DNA of 64,000 nucleotides, from contig JBNJNM010000013.1 of assembly GCA_052426225.1 (NCBI GenBank), forward strand, positions 930,001 to 994,000, in the 5' to 3' direction. This DNA is from Zancudomyces culisetae HAW-14-8 (taxonomy: Eukaryota > Fungi > Kickxellomycota). A model generated the notes under the pieces. The model was not told the origin of the DNA and searched no databases. It saw only the letters and a list, made by a program, of their open reading frames with translations. The translations under genes were made by a program, and so were the position numbers. This document shows positions 1 to 10,913 of this stretch, in pieces. Positions within the stretch are counted from its first letter, which is position 1. Each line of letters opens with the position of its first letter.

Positions 1-3000
1 TTTGCAGAACCTGCATTTCCAACCAACCCTGTTTGTGATGTAGATGCACCACCACTGCCAGATGTTGCTCCAATTCGTTCCATCAGAAACTTTGGCAGAT
101 AATCAATTGCCAAACCCCTCATAAAGTTGTTTCGACTACAATACCCAGGCTGATGATGTTGTTGTTGTTGTTGTTGTTGTTGTGAGGACAAAGCTCCACC
201 TACCAAAATAGGTTCGATTCCAAAAGCTTCTCCATGTTGATATAATGCACTGGCTCTATTTCTAGGTGCCAAAATCAATACAGTTCCATCTTTGGAAATA
301 ACAGCTTCTCCAAGTGTACGTACCATTTGTTGCCGCTGTTGCTCACCCAGTTCTGTTCCTACTTCTGGACCTGTTCCTTGATTAATAACATTGGGTTCCA
401 TATTTGCAAGTGTTAAACCCCTCAAGATTCCACAGAGTTCGGTAATTACCTGCGAACTTTGAGCATCCGAACTGTTAAACATAGGATTTGTCGGAATTGT
501 AAAACACAGCGGAACCACCTGATTCTGTATAAACATCATGTATTCCTGTCGCACACGCAACGTTGAACCAAAACCTGTCTGCTGGGATGAGATATGTTCG
601 CGTTGTTGCTGATCCCACACACTAACTAACTCAATTCCCACACTTCGTGCAGCTAGCTGGCGAGATGTCATCTTTTTATTGGCATCTGTTGAGGTATTCG
701 AGTTCCCATCTTTATTACCAAAGACACCAAACTGAGAATTATCGCCATTTCCAGGCAGTCTTTGCGTCTTGGGTGGCAAAACAGCACCACTGTTCAACAC
801 ACTGCCAATCTGCATCAAAGAAATGTTACCCACAGCATAATCACCACGAGTATCAACAAGCCACGCCAAAATGGTCTTTTGGAAAATGTTAAATGCCATC
901 TTTTGCAGCTGTGGCGACAAACAATCGGTAGCCAAGTCCAACAACGTGCCAAACACTATAGATATATGTCGTGCATTTGCTGGTACCAAAAAGATTATAT
1001 CAAGGTCAGCCGAAAAAATAGCCCCAAACCATCCCAAATACGCACGCTTCAAGTCGGCAAGCATCACAGCATCGTCAGTACCGCTGATTATGCTGGTATT
1101 CATCAATGAATATGCTTTTTCAACCACTACCAACACTAGCTCGCTCATCGTCTGAGCAATAAATGGCTTAAACTTGTGCATAACCAATCCTAAAAATGCT
1201 AGAAAATCGCTAAACTCATTCATCAGGCAATTAGGAAGAAGCCCGCCAATCAACCGCGGCAAATAACCCAACGCATCTTGCCCCAACGCAGACAACAGTC
1301 GCACAAATGCAAGCCGCACGCCTTCTCTAACTATGGAAAATCCATTCAATCTTTCCAGCACTGCTATAGTTGTATCTGCCGCCTTTACCAAAGCCTCCTT
1401 TGTAACTGGAGAAATGTTCAGGTCGGAAACTAATGTGTCGTTAGTCACACGAACTTTGGCTTCTGGAAATCCCATGGCCACAGCTCCCAGTGCTGCCAGA
1501 ATATTCCTGGTCTGAAGCAAATATATAGGCTGCTGAGCTATCATCTCTACGGATTGATTCATGATCTCTCCCAACCCTAACAGTAATGGGTCCAAAAGCT
1601 GATTTAAAAATGCCGACCTTTGATCATCTGGGAAAGATAAAGGCGAGAGAACGACTCCACATATTTCAAACAAATAAATTTGCGAATCAAAGATACCATG
1701 ACCTAGCACATTAAGCATTTCTGGGTTGCTCACATCGATCTGCGGATCTATTTGGATTGTCAGATGTGGCAAAATACTCTGCATAATATCAGGAATATAT
1801 GGAACCAGTAGTTGCACACCAACATTTTTAATAAAACGTAAAAACAAGTACCAAACTCTTGTCCGGACATGTTTTGATGGATGACATATCCCACGTTCAT
1901 CAAGGAATGGCCCTAATCCCATTGAAAGCGCATCTTTACGTGCTTCAAACAAACCACCTATTTTTATGCATGTTTCAAAGAACAGTAGCGTGATGTATGG
2001 ATGCATACAGTCTACTATTTTTGACACCAACATCCGTACGCCCAACTCTCCGACAACAGTTAACGGCTGCTGTGCAAGCTCATCATCTCCACCTGCGCCG
2101 TTTTTGTCTCCATAACCTGTCCCACTCTTCTGTACAAACGCCAGTTCACCTGTTGCATTCACCTGTTCAATATATGTGTGTGTTAAAAACAATGCTAACT
2201 CGGCCTGCTCCCATCCCACCTTTCCTACTCGTCTTTCTGCTTCAGCTTCTATACTCACTCCACATTGTTGTATATTAGTGTATATTTCCGTTATTTTTCC
2301 TACAACACACATGTTGTACAATTCAGGCGCTAGTGACAATACCGAATCCAAAAACGTTCGGAGCTGCTTACGGAGCTCTGCAAACATTGTCTCCTCATCA
2401 TCCTCCGAAATCTCATCATTCATATGTGTAATCTCCGAAACTTCATGGTCTGCCTTATACATCAACTTCATTACAGTTACTTGAAGGAGTTCTGATAAAA
2501 ACTCAGTTTGTTGGCCACTCAATGGAATCCCCTCCCTCTTCTGCCGCTTAAACATGTGTAAAATGTCTTTGCTTATTTCAATCACCGCGCTGCTCACTTC
2601 ATCACTCTCGCTACCAAGAAATCCAAGTATTAGCCCCATGAGCCCCTCCATGTGCATATACGCCCTCCCTCGCACTTCTACTGTAATCTCATCCTTTTTC
2701 ATCCACACCTCATTCAATTCGCGTCCCAACACACTTACCAATCGTGCGACCTGTTCTCCAAACTCGTTATCCGTTACCACTAACTGTCGTAGCAATGGTC
2801 CTAAATTTAAAAACTCTACCAATTCAATTTTTTCCATTGGAACCATCCCTTTTTCCACTATCGCTGCCAAGCATTTTACTGCCTCTCCCTTCAGTCCTTC
2901 ATGCCCAAGGAATTCAAAGATCACTGGTATAAACTCTTCGTTTACGATCAACTTGATGTCTATCCATGTAATATAAACTGACACCAACCGTAGCGTATTC

Positions 3001-3665
3001 TTTATTATTTCTATCGGCGCTGCTTCTGTTGTTATTGTGTTATACCACCAATTGGCCAAATATAACACCCCTTCTTCTCTCATTTTATCCTTGATCATTG
3101 TATTTCTTGCTATTTCGCTCTTCCCTCGTGGTATGGTCGGATTCACCATCTCTTCATCTATACTTGCCAGCACTTTAATTGTAAAATCTGTCAGTCCTTC
3201 GTGCACTTTCGCTCTTTGCTCCTGCTTTCCACATCTTCGTTCAAAATTCACGCCTGTTATGCTCAAAATTTCTCGAAAGAATTCTGCCCACATGTGTGGA
3301 TATGTTGCCAAAAACATCAATGCAATTGTATGTGCCAATTTATTTCGCAAAAATGGTGCCTCCATCAAATATCTATCGCTTCCATATTCCTCCACAATAA
3401 ACTTCATTAGCACTTGTTTTGTTAATTCCAACTCCCCCGTCTTTGGTTCCCTTATATTTCTGTATATATTCCCCTCCACCACTTGCAAACTATACATTCG
3501 ACTCTCTGGTGTCCTTGTGGGTTTGCTAACAAAGAGCTCTAGACACATTCGCCATCCTTCTGGAGAGTTACGCAACTGTTCACAATATTCATTCGCCTGA
3601 TACCTAATCTCCTGATTGGTATTCGGATCCAACGCACATCTGACTGCCTCTTCGATCTGATCCAT
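1..3665 (-). CDS. LOS1: Exportin-T (tRNA nuclear export receptor); 3' end runs off the window start, >1220 aa, apparently intronless
   Basis: ATG at 3665 gives MDQIEEAVRCALDPNTNQEIRYQANEYCEQLRNSPEGWRMCLELF. Internal motifs WEQAELAL and RVWYLFLRF are typical of Los1/Xpo-t. The frame matches at the spot-checked positions down to position 1. It is absent from the ORF track because there is no stop in the window. Confidence 0.9.
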   Translation of the reverse strand, partial: MDQIEEAVRCALDPNTNQEIRYQANEYCEQLRNSPEGWRMCLELFVSKPTRTPESRMYSLQVVEGNIYRNIREPKTGELELTKQVLMKFIVEEYGSDRYLMEAPFLRNKLAHTIALMFLATYPHMWAEFFREILSITGVNFERRCGKQEQRAKVHEGLTDFTIKVLASIDEEMVNPTIPRGKSEIARNTMIKDKMREEGVLYLANWWYNTITTEAAPIEIIKNTLRLVSVYITWIDIKLIVNEEFIPVIFEFLGHEGLKGEAVKCLAAIVEKGMVPMEKIELVEFLNLGPLLRQLVVTDNEFGEQVARLVSVLGRELNEVWMKKDEITVEVRGRAYMHMEGLMGLILGFLGSESDEVSSAVIEISKDILHMFKRQKREGIPLSGQQTEFLSELLQVTVMKLMYKADHEVSEITHMNDEISEDDEETMFAELRKQLRTFLDSVLSLAPELYNMCVVGKITEIYTNIQQCGVSIEAEAERRVGKVGWEQAELALFLTHTYIEQVNATGELAFVQKSGTGYGDKNGAGGDDELAQQPLTVVGELGVRMLVSKIVDCMHPYITLLFFETCIKIGGLFEARKDALSMGLGPFLDERGICHPSKHVRTRVWYLFLRFIKNVGVQLLVPYIPDIMQSILPHLTIQIDPQIDVSNPEMLNVLGHGIFDSQIYLFEICGVVLSPLSFPDDQRSAFLNQLLDPLLLGLGEIMNQSVEMIAQQPIYLLQTRNILAALGAVAMGFPEAKVRVTNDTLVSDLNISPVTKEALVKAADTTIAVLERLNGFSIVREGVRLAFVRLLSALGQDALGYLPRLIGGLLPNCLMNEFSDFLAFLGLVMHKFKPFIAQTMSELVLVVVEKAYSLMNTSIISGTDDAVMLADLKRAYLGWFGAIFSADLDIIFLVPANARHISIVFGTLLDLATDCLSPQLQKMAFNIFQKTILAWLVDTRGDYAVGNISLMQIGSVLNSGAVLPPKTQRLPGNGDNSQFGVFGNKDGNSNTSTDANKKMTSRQLAARSVGIELVSVWDQQQREHISSQQTGFGSTLRVRQEYMMFIQNQVVPLCFTIPTNPMFNSSDAQSSQVITELCGILRGLTLANMEPNVINQGTGPEVGTELGEQQRQQMVRTLGEAVISKDGTVLILAPRNRASALYQHGEAFGIEPILVGGALSSQQQQQQQQHHQPGYCSRNNFMRGLAIDYLPKFLMERIGATSGSGGASTSQTGLVGNAGSA

Positions 3666-3956
3666 CACCAATCGCTATTTCTAATGTAATCTATATACTT
3701 TTTTCCAAAGGCAAGCTATAGACTACGAATCTTTCAAATATATATTGTTTTTTTCGATTTCTTTTCTATTCTATATCTCTTTTCAATACGCAATAACCAA
3801 AGTTTCTTTGTACTCTTGCCAAATTAAGCTCTTGGTGTGCTAGGATCCCCCTTTTTCCTCAAAAAAGCCTTATTGACAATTATTGTTTTTGATTACCGCT
3901 TTTATAACGGGAATGCAGACCCCAAGCACTTTCCAACTTGTTCAAAGAAACGACAA

Positions 3957-4120
3957 CTGTAGAACACTTTTTGAAATATTAGAGTTTGGAATCGCTACAA
4001 TTAAGTACAAAAATTTATTGAATTGCTAAATTCCAAAGGCTCGCTTTGTCTTTTCTTTCTATTGTCGGGAAAGTCCACTGGTCAGCCCAGAATGCTTTTC
4101 TTGTATTTTTATATACTCAC
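3957..4120 (-). other. Putative 5'UTR intron of LOS1
   Basis: Minus-strand GTGAGT donor at 4120, CTAAT branch near 3980 and CTACAG acceptor at 3957, about 290 nt upstream of the ATG. Confidence 0.4.
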
Positions 4121-7100
4121 AGTAGAATTCTAATAAGAGTCTATCTCTCTGGTAGATTGGATAATCTCCAGCTTTTTCCTTTTTCTTATCCTTTCGACCT
4201 TCAGGGCAAATACTTTCTATAAAGTAACAGTTATTCGGTTTGTATGATAAAAATTATTGTTTTGTTATACTCAATTTTTTTTTTATAAGTGGGCATTCCG
4301 ACTTTTTTTTTCTTGATTTTTTTTTATTTTACCCAACCCTCATGAGGAAACAAGCAAAATTAGGTCTGCGTAATTAAAATTTGACTAGGAACATGGTGTT
4401 TTTTTTTTTTGAATACTAGCCTTTTCAGAGTCATCATCATAAAGAAACGAATTTGGATTATTTTTTGTTTTTGTTTTTTGAATTTTACCAGAGAAATATA
4501 CTATTTGTACAAAATTCCGGGTGATTAAACAAAAATGAGGTCCCTAGAAATGCTGTGAATGACGATAACTGCGTTCCACTACAGCCATTGGACAAAAGTC
4601 CGAATTGCAGCTTGTTTTTCTAGTGCCAAATCACAAAGGAAAAGAAAATTTTTTTTTTGCTTTTCACTTTACTTGTTCATTTCCCAATTTTCATTTTGAT
4701 CATTTATTCGTTCTTTTTAACGTTTTAGAAAACGTAAAAAATAAAAATAGAGTAACAAACGCTTGATAAAGCTGGCATCTCAGCAAAAGGGTGAAAGAAA
4801 AAAAAACAGTTTTCCCGTTGTTTGCTGTTGCTGCTGCTGCTGCAAGCCATCTTTCCACAGCCTTTGGAGCATTTAGAGATAAACCCTGCATAAATTTATC
4901 TTCAATCTCATCTGTTTACCGTTTTACTTTTGCCAAAGAGCTGCCAAACTGGATGGAAACAAGTATTTAAATGGCAGTGATCGATCTTAAACCCCACCCC
5001 TCCCCCAACCAAATCATTTCATACCACTTTACATTCAATGCTTGAAACAACCGCGCGTTTATATACTTTTTTTTTTGACTCGGCTTTTACAAAGATTTGG
5101 ACAAACTTGAAGTTACAATCCACCCCCAGTTTTTGCTATGCTAGCATTCTCTACTTTCCAGAGTGAATAACGTCCTTTATATTCCTTCTATTTTATTTTA
5201 TTTTTGATTATTTATGCTATAGCTGTATCTACAAACAATAATAGCCAAACACCAAGTGTTATCACACACATAGATCAACGACGTTAACAGATTGCCAATA
5301 GTTTTTATAATACCTTGATTTAAGTAACAACAAAACCGTGTTACTATGCAACATGATGTTATTTTTGGTGTATTTTGGATTCACTTACATGACATCACCA
5401 CACCTCGTTCTTAGCAAGTAAAAAGTGTGCAGTCAGGATGCAAAGAGCTGCATAAACTATAGCATGACATCTTTTCGTTCAGCAACCAGTGTTCTTGTGT
5501 GAAGCTAAACACATGTATATTTTAAATATACGATCCTGGATGTTAATGTGTTGTAGTGAACCACCTTTGAAATGAGTTCGAATAAAGCAGCCCAAGCTGA
5601 AAAGTTAACTTGGCAAACAATGTAATGTTATAACACTGGATCTCTGGGTTAATGTAGTGCGTCTTATTACGTAACTAGGAAATCTCACATGTTACACCGT
5701 TTGTAGTACAACCTTTTCAATTCCATAAATATTTCGGAATCATAATACACCAAAAGGAAAGGCTTGATGATATGGCCCAATTTGGCTTAATTAAAATTCA
5801 ACTCACAAGGCATCTAGCTACACCCAAAAAAAAATCAGCTATACATGTGATTAGGTTGTGTACAAGACACAATGCTCTCGACTTTATTTTTACAGATTAA
5901 TGACATATGCATCAGCGGACATACTTGTAATTTCTAATACGTGCATGACACATATTTTAATATACGTTTCCCTCTTTTTTCACTTCTTTTTGAATATCGA
6001 GTGAAGAAAAAAACAGTGTTTTTATTTAGAACATGCTAATTCTAGAACCGAAGTAAATGCGAGTTATCCGTTTAGATACATTAGCATACTAATATATCAC
6101 CTTCATCAGCTCATCTATGCGCATTTACAAAGATTATCTACATTCATCTGTCTTTTGTTTTTTTTCTTTGTTCGAATAAAGGAATGGAACGTGCCTAATA
6201 ATACACATTTTTGATTATCTCGGTTGCAGCTATACGACGTTCGGTTGTATTATCTCGATCTTGAAATTAAATTAATAATCAAAAGGATATTGTTAAAATC
6301 TTGTATTAGGCATGGTCTGAAGCCACAAAAATAAAAGAATTACAAATTAATTTCTTGAAATATAGTTTAAGGACTTTCGTGCTAACACACGTTTGGTACC
6401 ACTCTAATAACATACCTGCAGCATACCATCTGCAGAACTGGTTGGCTCGCCCTACTTAAATAGTTATCGAGTAATGCATCACATACTCGCACCTCTGAAT
6501 TCACCTGAAAGCAAGTGCTATGCTCAACTTTTTTTCAATAACAGTATTATATTTATATTTTTAAACAAGGTTGTATAAGTGGAAGAAAGAGTATGATATT
6601 GAAAACAAAAGAAAATCAAGCTCGCACATTGTGCACACATGTGTGTTGTGTGCCTTATTGGAAAACTTGTTGGAAAAGCATGTTTTTTTTTTCCTCCAGC
6701 AGACTCACACCCCATACATTTTCATTTGACTTTCTATTCTTTGTGGAAAATGGCGAATCATTATAAATTCTTTGACTATCAACAAAAGAATATATCATGC
6801 AATCTGCGTAATGATACCGGGTTTTAATTGGTGAATAATACTGCACCTATCTTCATTGCCACTGTTGCTTTTCTTTGTGTTTTCTTCATGTAACAGCTCT
6901 GAAGCGTATTTGGAGGAGCAGGGCTGTGCTCCTGTTGTTTCTTTTACTGCTCATTCGCTTGTTCGTTTTCTTTTTTTTTTCTGGTTCACTTTCATTTGGA
7001 AAATTCGGGATTTGCCACAAACAAAGCAGATAAATCAACCCACTAAAAATAGGACATAACCTAGTTGGCCTGAGTCGTCTAAAAAAAATGCTATTCCTCC

Positions 7101-7985
7101 ATAAAAAGGTCCAACAGTCTACTTACTACCAATTTGTTACCATACACTCTCCACTCCTAATGTGGTTTTGTTTGAGTTTTCAGTTCAACGCCAATAATTT
7201 CCGCAATTTTAAGGTAGTTTATTTTACCAATCACGCTATTTTTTGCCAAAAAGAGCAATATCACTGGGAGCATTGTATTGCCACTTTTAAATTGCAATTT
7301 GGAATGTAATATTTTTTCGCACTTTAGGTGTTCTAAAAACGTGATTTCTCTATGGAAACACAAACAATATGACGAAAAAAAAACCTGACTTTGTCACAAT
7401 AACTTTTTTGAGTATTACAGGTCAACGTCTGAAGGAAATAAGGTAAAAAGGAGTCAATCCTGCTGATGTAAAAACAATCCGAATGACACACATTTATACG
7501 GCTATAAAGTTTTGCTTCTATATTTCTATGAGTCATTTGAGCATAACATTTGCATAATTCCTTCCATCTGTTATCGATAACCAGTTATTAGGCCTTCTTT
7601 TTTTTTAGTGCTCATATTCAAAACAGGCAGAGAAAAATAAGCGAAAAGGTCGAGAATGTGTGGTTGTTTTCAATCTATCATTTCTAGAATTTAGACGCAA
7701 TGCTAATCTTCAGTTTTACAAACTATTTCTCAAAATAGAAAAAGAAATTACGCAAAACTATTTAAAGCTAATTAAATGTCCAAGCCGTAATATTTTGTTC
7801 ATTAAAAACTATCACAACACACATTACTTGGATTTAAAAAACATATATTAGATAAAGATTTCGGAAAATGCGCTAATAAGCCGCTGTAAAAAGCGATAAA
7901 ACAACAGATATATTGTCATAACACTCTACAAGAAGAGCGGTATTGCAACATGTCAATAACAGATATACGTTAAAAGTACTCTAAG

Positions 7986-8188
7986 ATGAACAAATATAAC
8001 TACCGCCAACGCGAGTTGTAAGTTTGCCTCCATTTGCTTTATTCTCGATATATTTATACACGGCTTGATGGCCTATAGGAAAAACAGTGGGAGGGGGGTT
8101 TCGTTTCTTTGACGTAATATTAATACTAATGTCTGTTTGTATATTTTCATTTAGAGCCATAAGTTGTAAAAATGAGCCTAATACCTAA
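7986..8188 (+). promoter_or_regulatory. Spliced upstream ORF (MNKYNYRQRELAISCKNEPNT*, 21 aa) with intron 8018-8154 in the leader of the 8275 gene
   Basis: GTAAGT donor at 8018, TACTAAT branch at ~8124 and TTTAG acceptor at 8154. The joined frame stops at TAA 8186-8188. Confidence 0.5.
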
Positions 8189-8274
8189 AAGAAATTAAAG
8201 TGTTAAGAGCTGCACTTGCTGCATAACCCAAAAAAACAGTAATAAAAACCAATCCAAGTAGTAAATCAATTGCA

Positions 8275-8793
8275 ATGAGAAATTCAGGTGAAAATTTACA
8301 TGGAAAAAACAGCAGAGACCGCGAACGACTTGCCCACTTATCGCTGGCAAAACTAACAACGCTTAGCGATCGTTCGTCAGAAATTCATTCTAATGGTCTC
8401 TTAAACTCTGTGCTTATTGTTAACTTTTATAAGTCCCTACAAAGTGAAAATGAGCAAGCTTCGCATTTCAATGACGACCAGTCTACACGAGATATAGCTG
8501 AGAGGGATGAATACAGCGCCTATTCAGACCATTCTAACAGAGTTGAGCGTGTAACTGCTATCCCATGCTCTAAAGACTCGGATAATATTTATGTATACGA
8601 GCTTTATGGTCAACCACTCGAAAATACTGCGAATCAGTTTGTTCCTTCCAGTGAGCATTACATGGGCAGTTATGACTACGATGATAGCATATACGATGAT
8701 AACATATACAATGAGAGTGAACTTTATGCCTCTCAAGAACAAAGCTGGTTCGACTCGTGTATAGATGATGCAAATACCGATAGCGAATACTAG
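8275..8793 (+). CDS. Small acidic protein with an N-terminal SERTA/IER/Ecm13-like helical motif (172 aa)
   Basis: RERLAHLSLAKL-x14-LLNSVLIVNFYKSLQ resembles the SERTA consensus (R..L..LSL.KL...L.RSVLI.N.L..I). It is followed by a D/E/Y/S-rich tail and a T-rich 3'UTR. Confidence 0.7.
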   Translation: MRNSGENLHGKNSRDRERLAHLSLAKLTTLSDRSSEIHSNGLLNSVLIVNFYKSLQSENEQASHFNDDQSTRDIAERDEYSAYSDHSNRVERVTAIPCSKDSDNIYVYELYGQPLENTANQFVPSSEHYMGSYDYDDSIYDDNIYNESELYASQEQSWFDSCIDDANTDSEY

Positions 8794-9506
8794 AGAAAGA
8801 TACCCTTTATGTGGTTGTTCTTGGTCCCTTTTCTGTGCTGTCTTTTTTTTTCCTAAACTAAATACATTACAATATAATTTTTATTTTATTTTTAATATTT
8901 TGACCTTAATGTTTAGACAAATAAACTTCATTAAACGCATCCTTGGTATTCGTATGCTGTGGGCAAGTGTAAATTTGTATGTGTGTTTATTGTGCAGTTA
9001 GGAGGGGGCGCTTTGAAAGACTTTAATATATAAAAAACTATGGATTTAACAAGAAAGTGGTGTGATTAGTGGTATACCGCATCTACGATGCTTTTGTTCC
9101 TTATCGTCTTGCTTGCAAAACGGAGGAGAGGATGCCGTGTATTTTGAATATATTTGATTTTTGATTACCAATAATAGGTTCGTCAAATGTATGTAGCTAG
9201 TCTTCACTATAGAATCATTGCCATATTATATAATACCGGCTTTTTTTTTCTATTATTATCCTTCTCTCTTTTTTTTATTTTGATTAGCTTAGTAAGCCGA
9301 AATGGTATCTAGAATATTAGCCGTATATAGCCTTGAGGTAACTTGGAACTGGTGTTGCGTTAATTAAAGAGAAATACGTTAAAAATAGTTAACTACAACC
9401 CCTTTAAAATAACCTTTATAATTGAATGGAAATCAATTTGTGAGCTAGAGAAAACGATGGAATACGTCAATCAGTATTGTGTTTGTGATACAGGTCAAGT
9501 GGGATA

Positions 9507-9577
9507 GTATATGGGTATATGGGTATATGGGTATATGGGTATATGGGTATATGGGTATATGGGTATATGGGTATATG
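9507..9577 (+). repeat. Perfect octamer tandem repeat (GTATATGG)x8 plus 7 nt
   Basis: Direct reading; yields eight GGG tracts separated by TATAT. Confidence 0.95.
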
Positions 9578-10913
9578 TGAGGTAAACGTGAATAAACAAA
9601 AAGTGGTTTACTCTATTTTTTGTGTTTTATCTTTGTGTAAAATACTAACACCAATTAGCAGCAGAAATAAATAGAATCAATATAAAACGCAGCTCCATCA
9701 GAAGCTGTACCAAATATGGATTTTAACATGTTTGCTACCATGTATAAGCTAGCATTTTAAAGCATTGTAAACCACACTAGTTGTTCAAGTTAACGGAAAG
9801 CTATGTTTCATCTTTCCAATTACCTGTGCGCATTTAAGCCCTTTCAGTCCCGCTCCATTTCAACATTCATATTTTCTGAGTGGGATTATAAATGTGCGTG
9901 TTTCGTATTCACCCTGATACACATAGTGGGGTAAATGGTTCAGAAAAGTATACAAAGTTGTATCATTCTACTCTTCAAAACCCTTGGTAAATGAAAACCT
10001 GCTTTTTTGGAAATTAGCTTGAATTATATAATTGGTGATTGTGTAATTAGGTGGAAGAACATCAACAAAATGTGTGTATACATACTCAAGGTTGAACAAA
10101 GCGAAAACAGCCCTGATCAGACCGCCAATATAAAAAGCGAGCAAATTATAATCACTAATACTCATGTGTCTTTGAATTGTTTGGCTTTCACAAGTATTGG
10201 CCAATGTATGGGTGAAGCCATGATATTTGGACGTTCCTTTTGGCAAAATAACCTAAACAATAATCATTCCACCAATAATACTGCGATATTTATTTTTTGG
10301 CAAATATACATATGAAGATCTATTGGCAGAGCTAGACCACAACCTAATTATTCATCAAAATCATATTTGTATTTTTAGCAAGTTATGTAAATGTAAAGTT
10401 TTTTTTTGTTTTTATTTCTACGTATATATGTGATATGTGAAATATCTGGATGTGTAAATACATGTTGGTGTGTATGTAAACATACATAAGAGTATTTAGG
10501 TGTTTGGATATTTGGATATGTGAATTTGGGTTTATGAATAACCAGGTTTTGGTAGCTTTTCGCAAAACTTCTGCAAAATAGAAATTGGCTAATAATTAAT
10601 ATTTTTGGAAATTAGCAATTTGAGTCAACTTTCCCAATCAATGAATAAATCTAAGCGAATACAAAAGTACACATGAATAGATAAATCCAAAATAAATCTA
10701 TGAAATGAAAAAATACATCTAAAACCCGGTTTATTTTTGTTTTAAAGCTGCGCTCTTACCTAACTACAAGCAACATATTCAATTCAAACTAAATAACTCG
10801 CCATATTTTTAATTTCCCTACTACGCCTACGCCCTTATATAACCTTTACAGGAAGGAGTAGTATAAGAAACAAGAACAAAAATTACAGGGAATATTTTTG
10901 TATATGAATAAGA

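Noticed and set aside
647-3600. Multiple + strand ORFs in the ORF track
   Set aside because: They are antisense shadows of the minus-strand LOS1 frame. The same applies to antisense ORFs over TFIIB, MDL1, NOC2, MDR, ACS, SDR and COG4.
10007-10315. 102-aa ORF and its antisense ORF
   Set aside because: TTG start, no recognisable motif, and intergenic-like composition.
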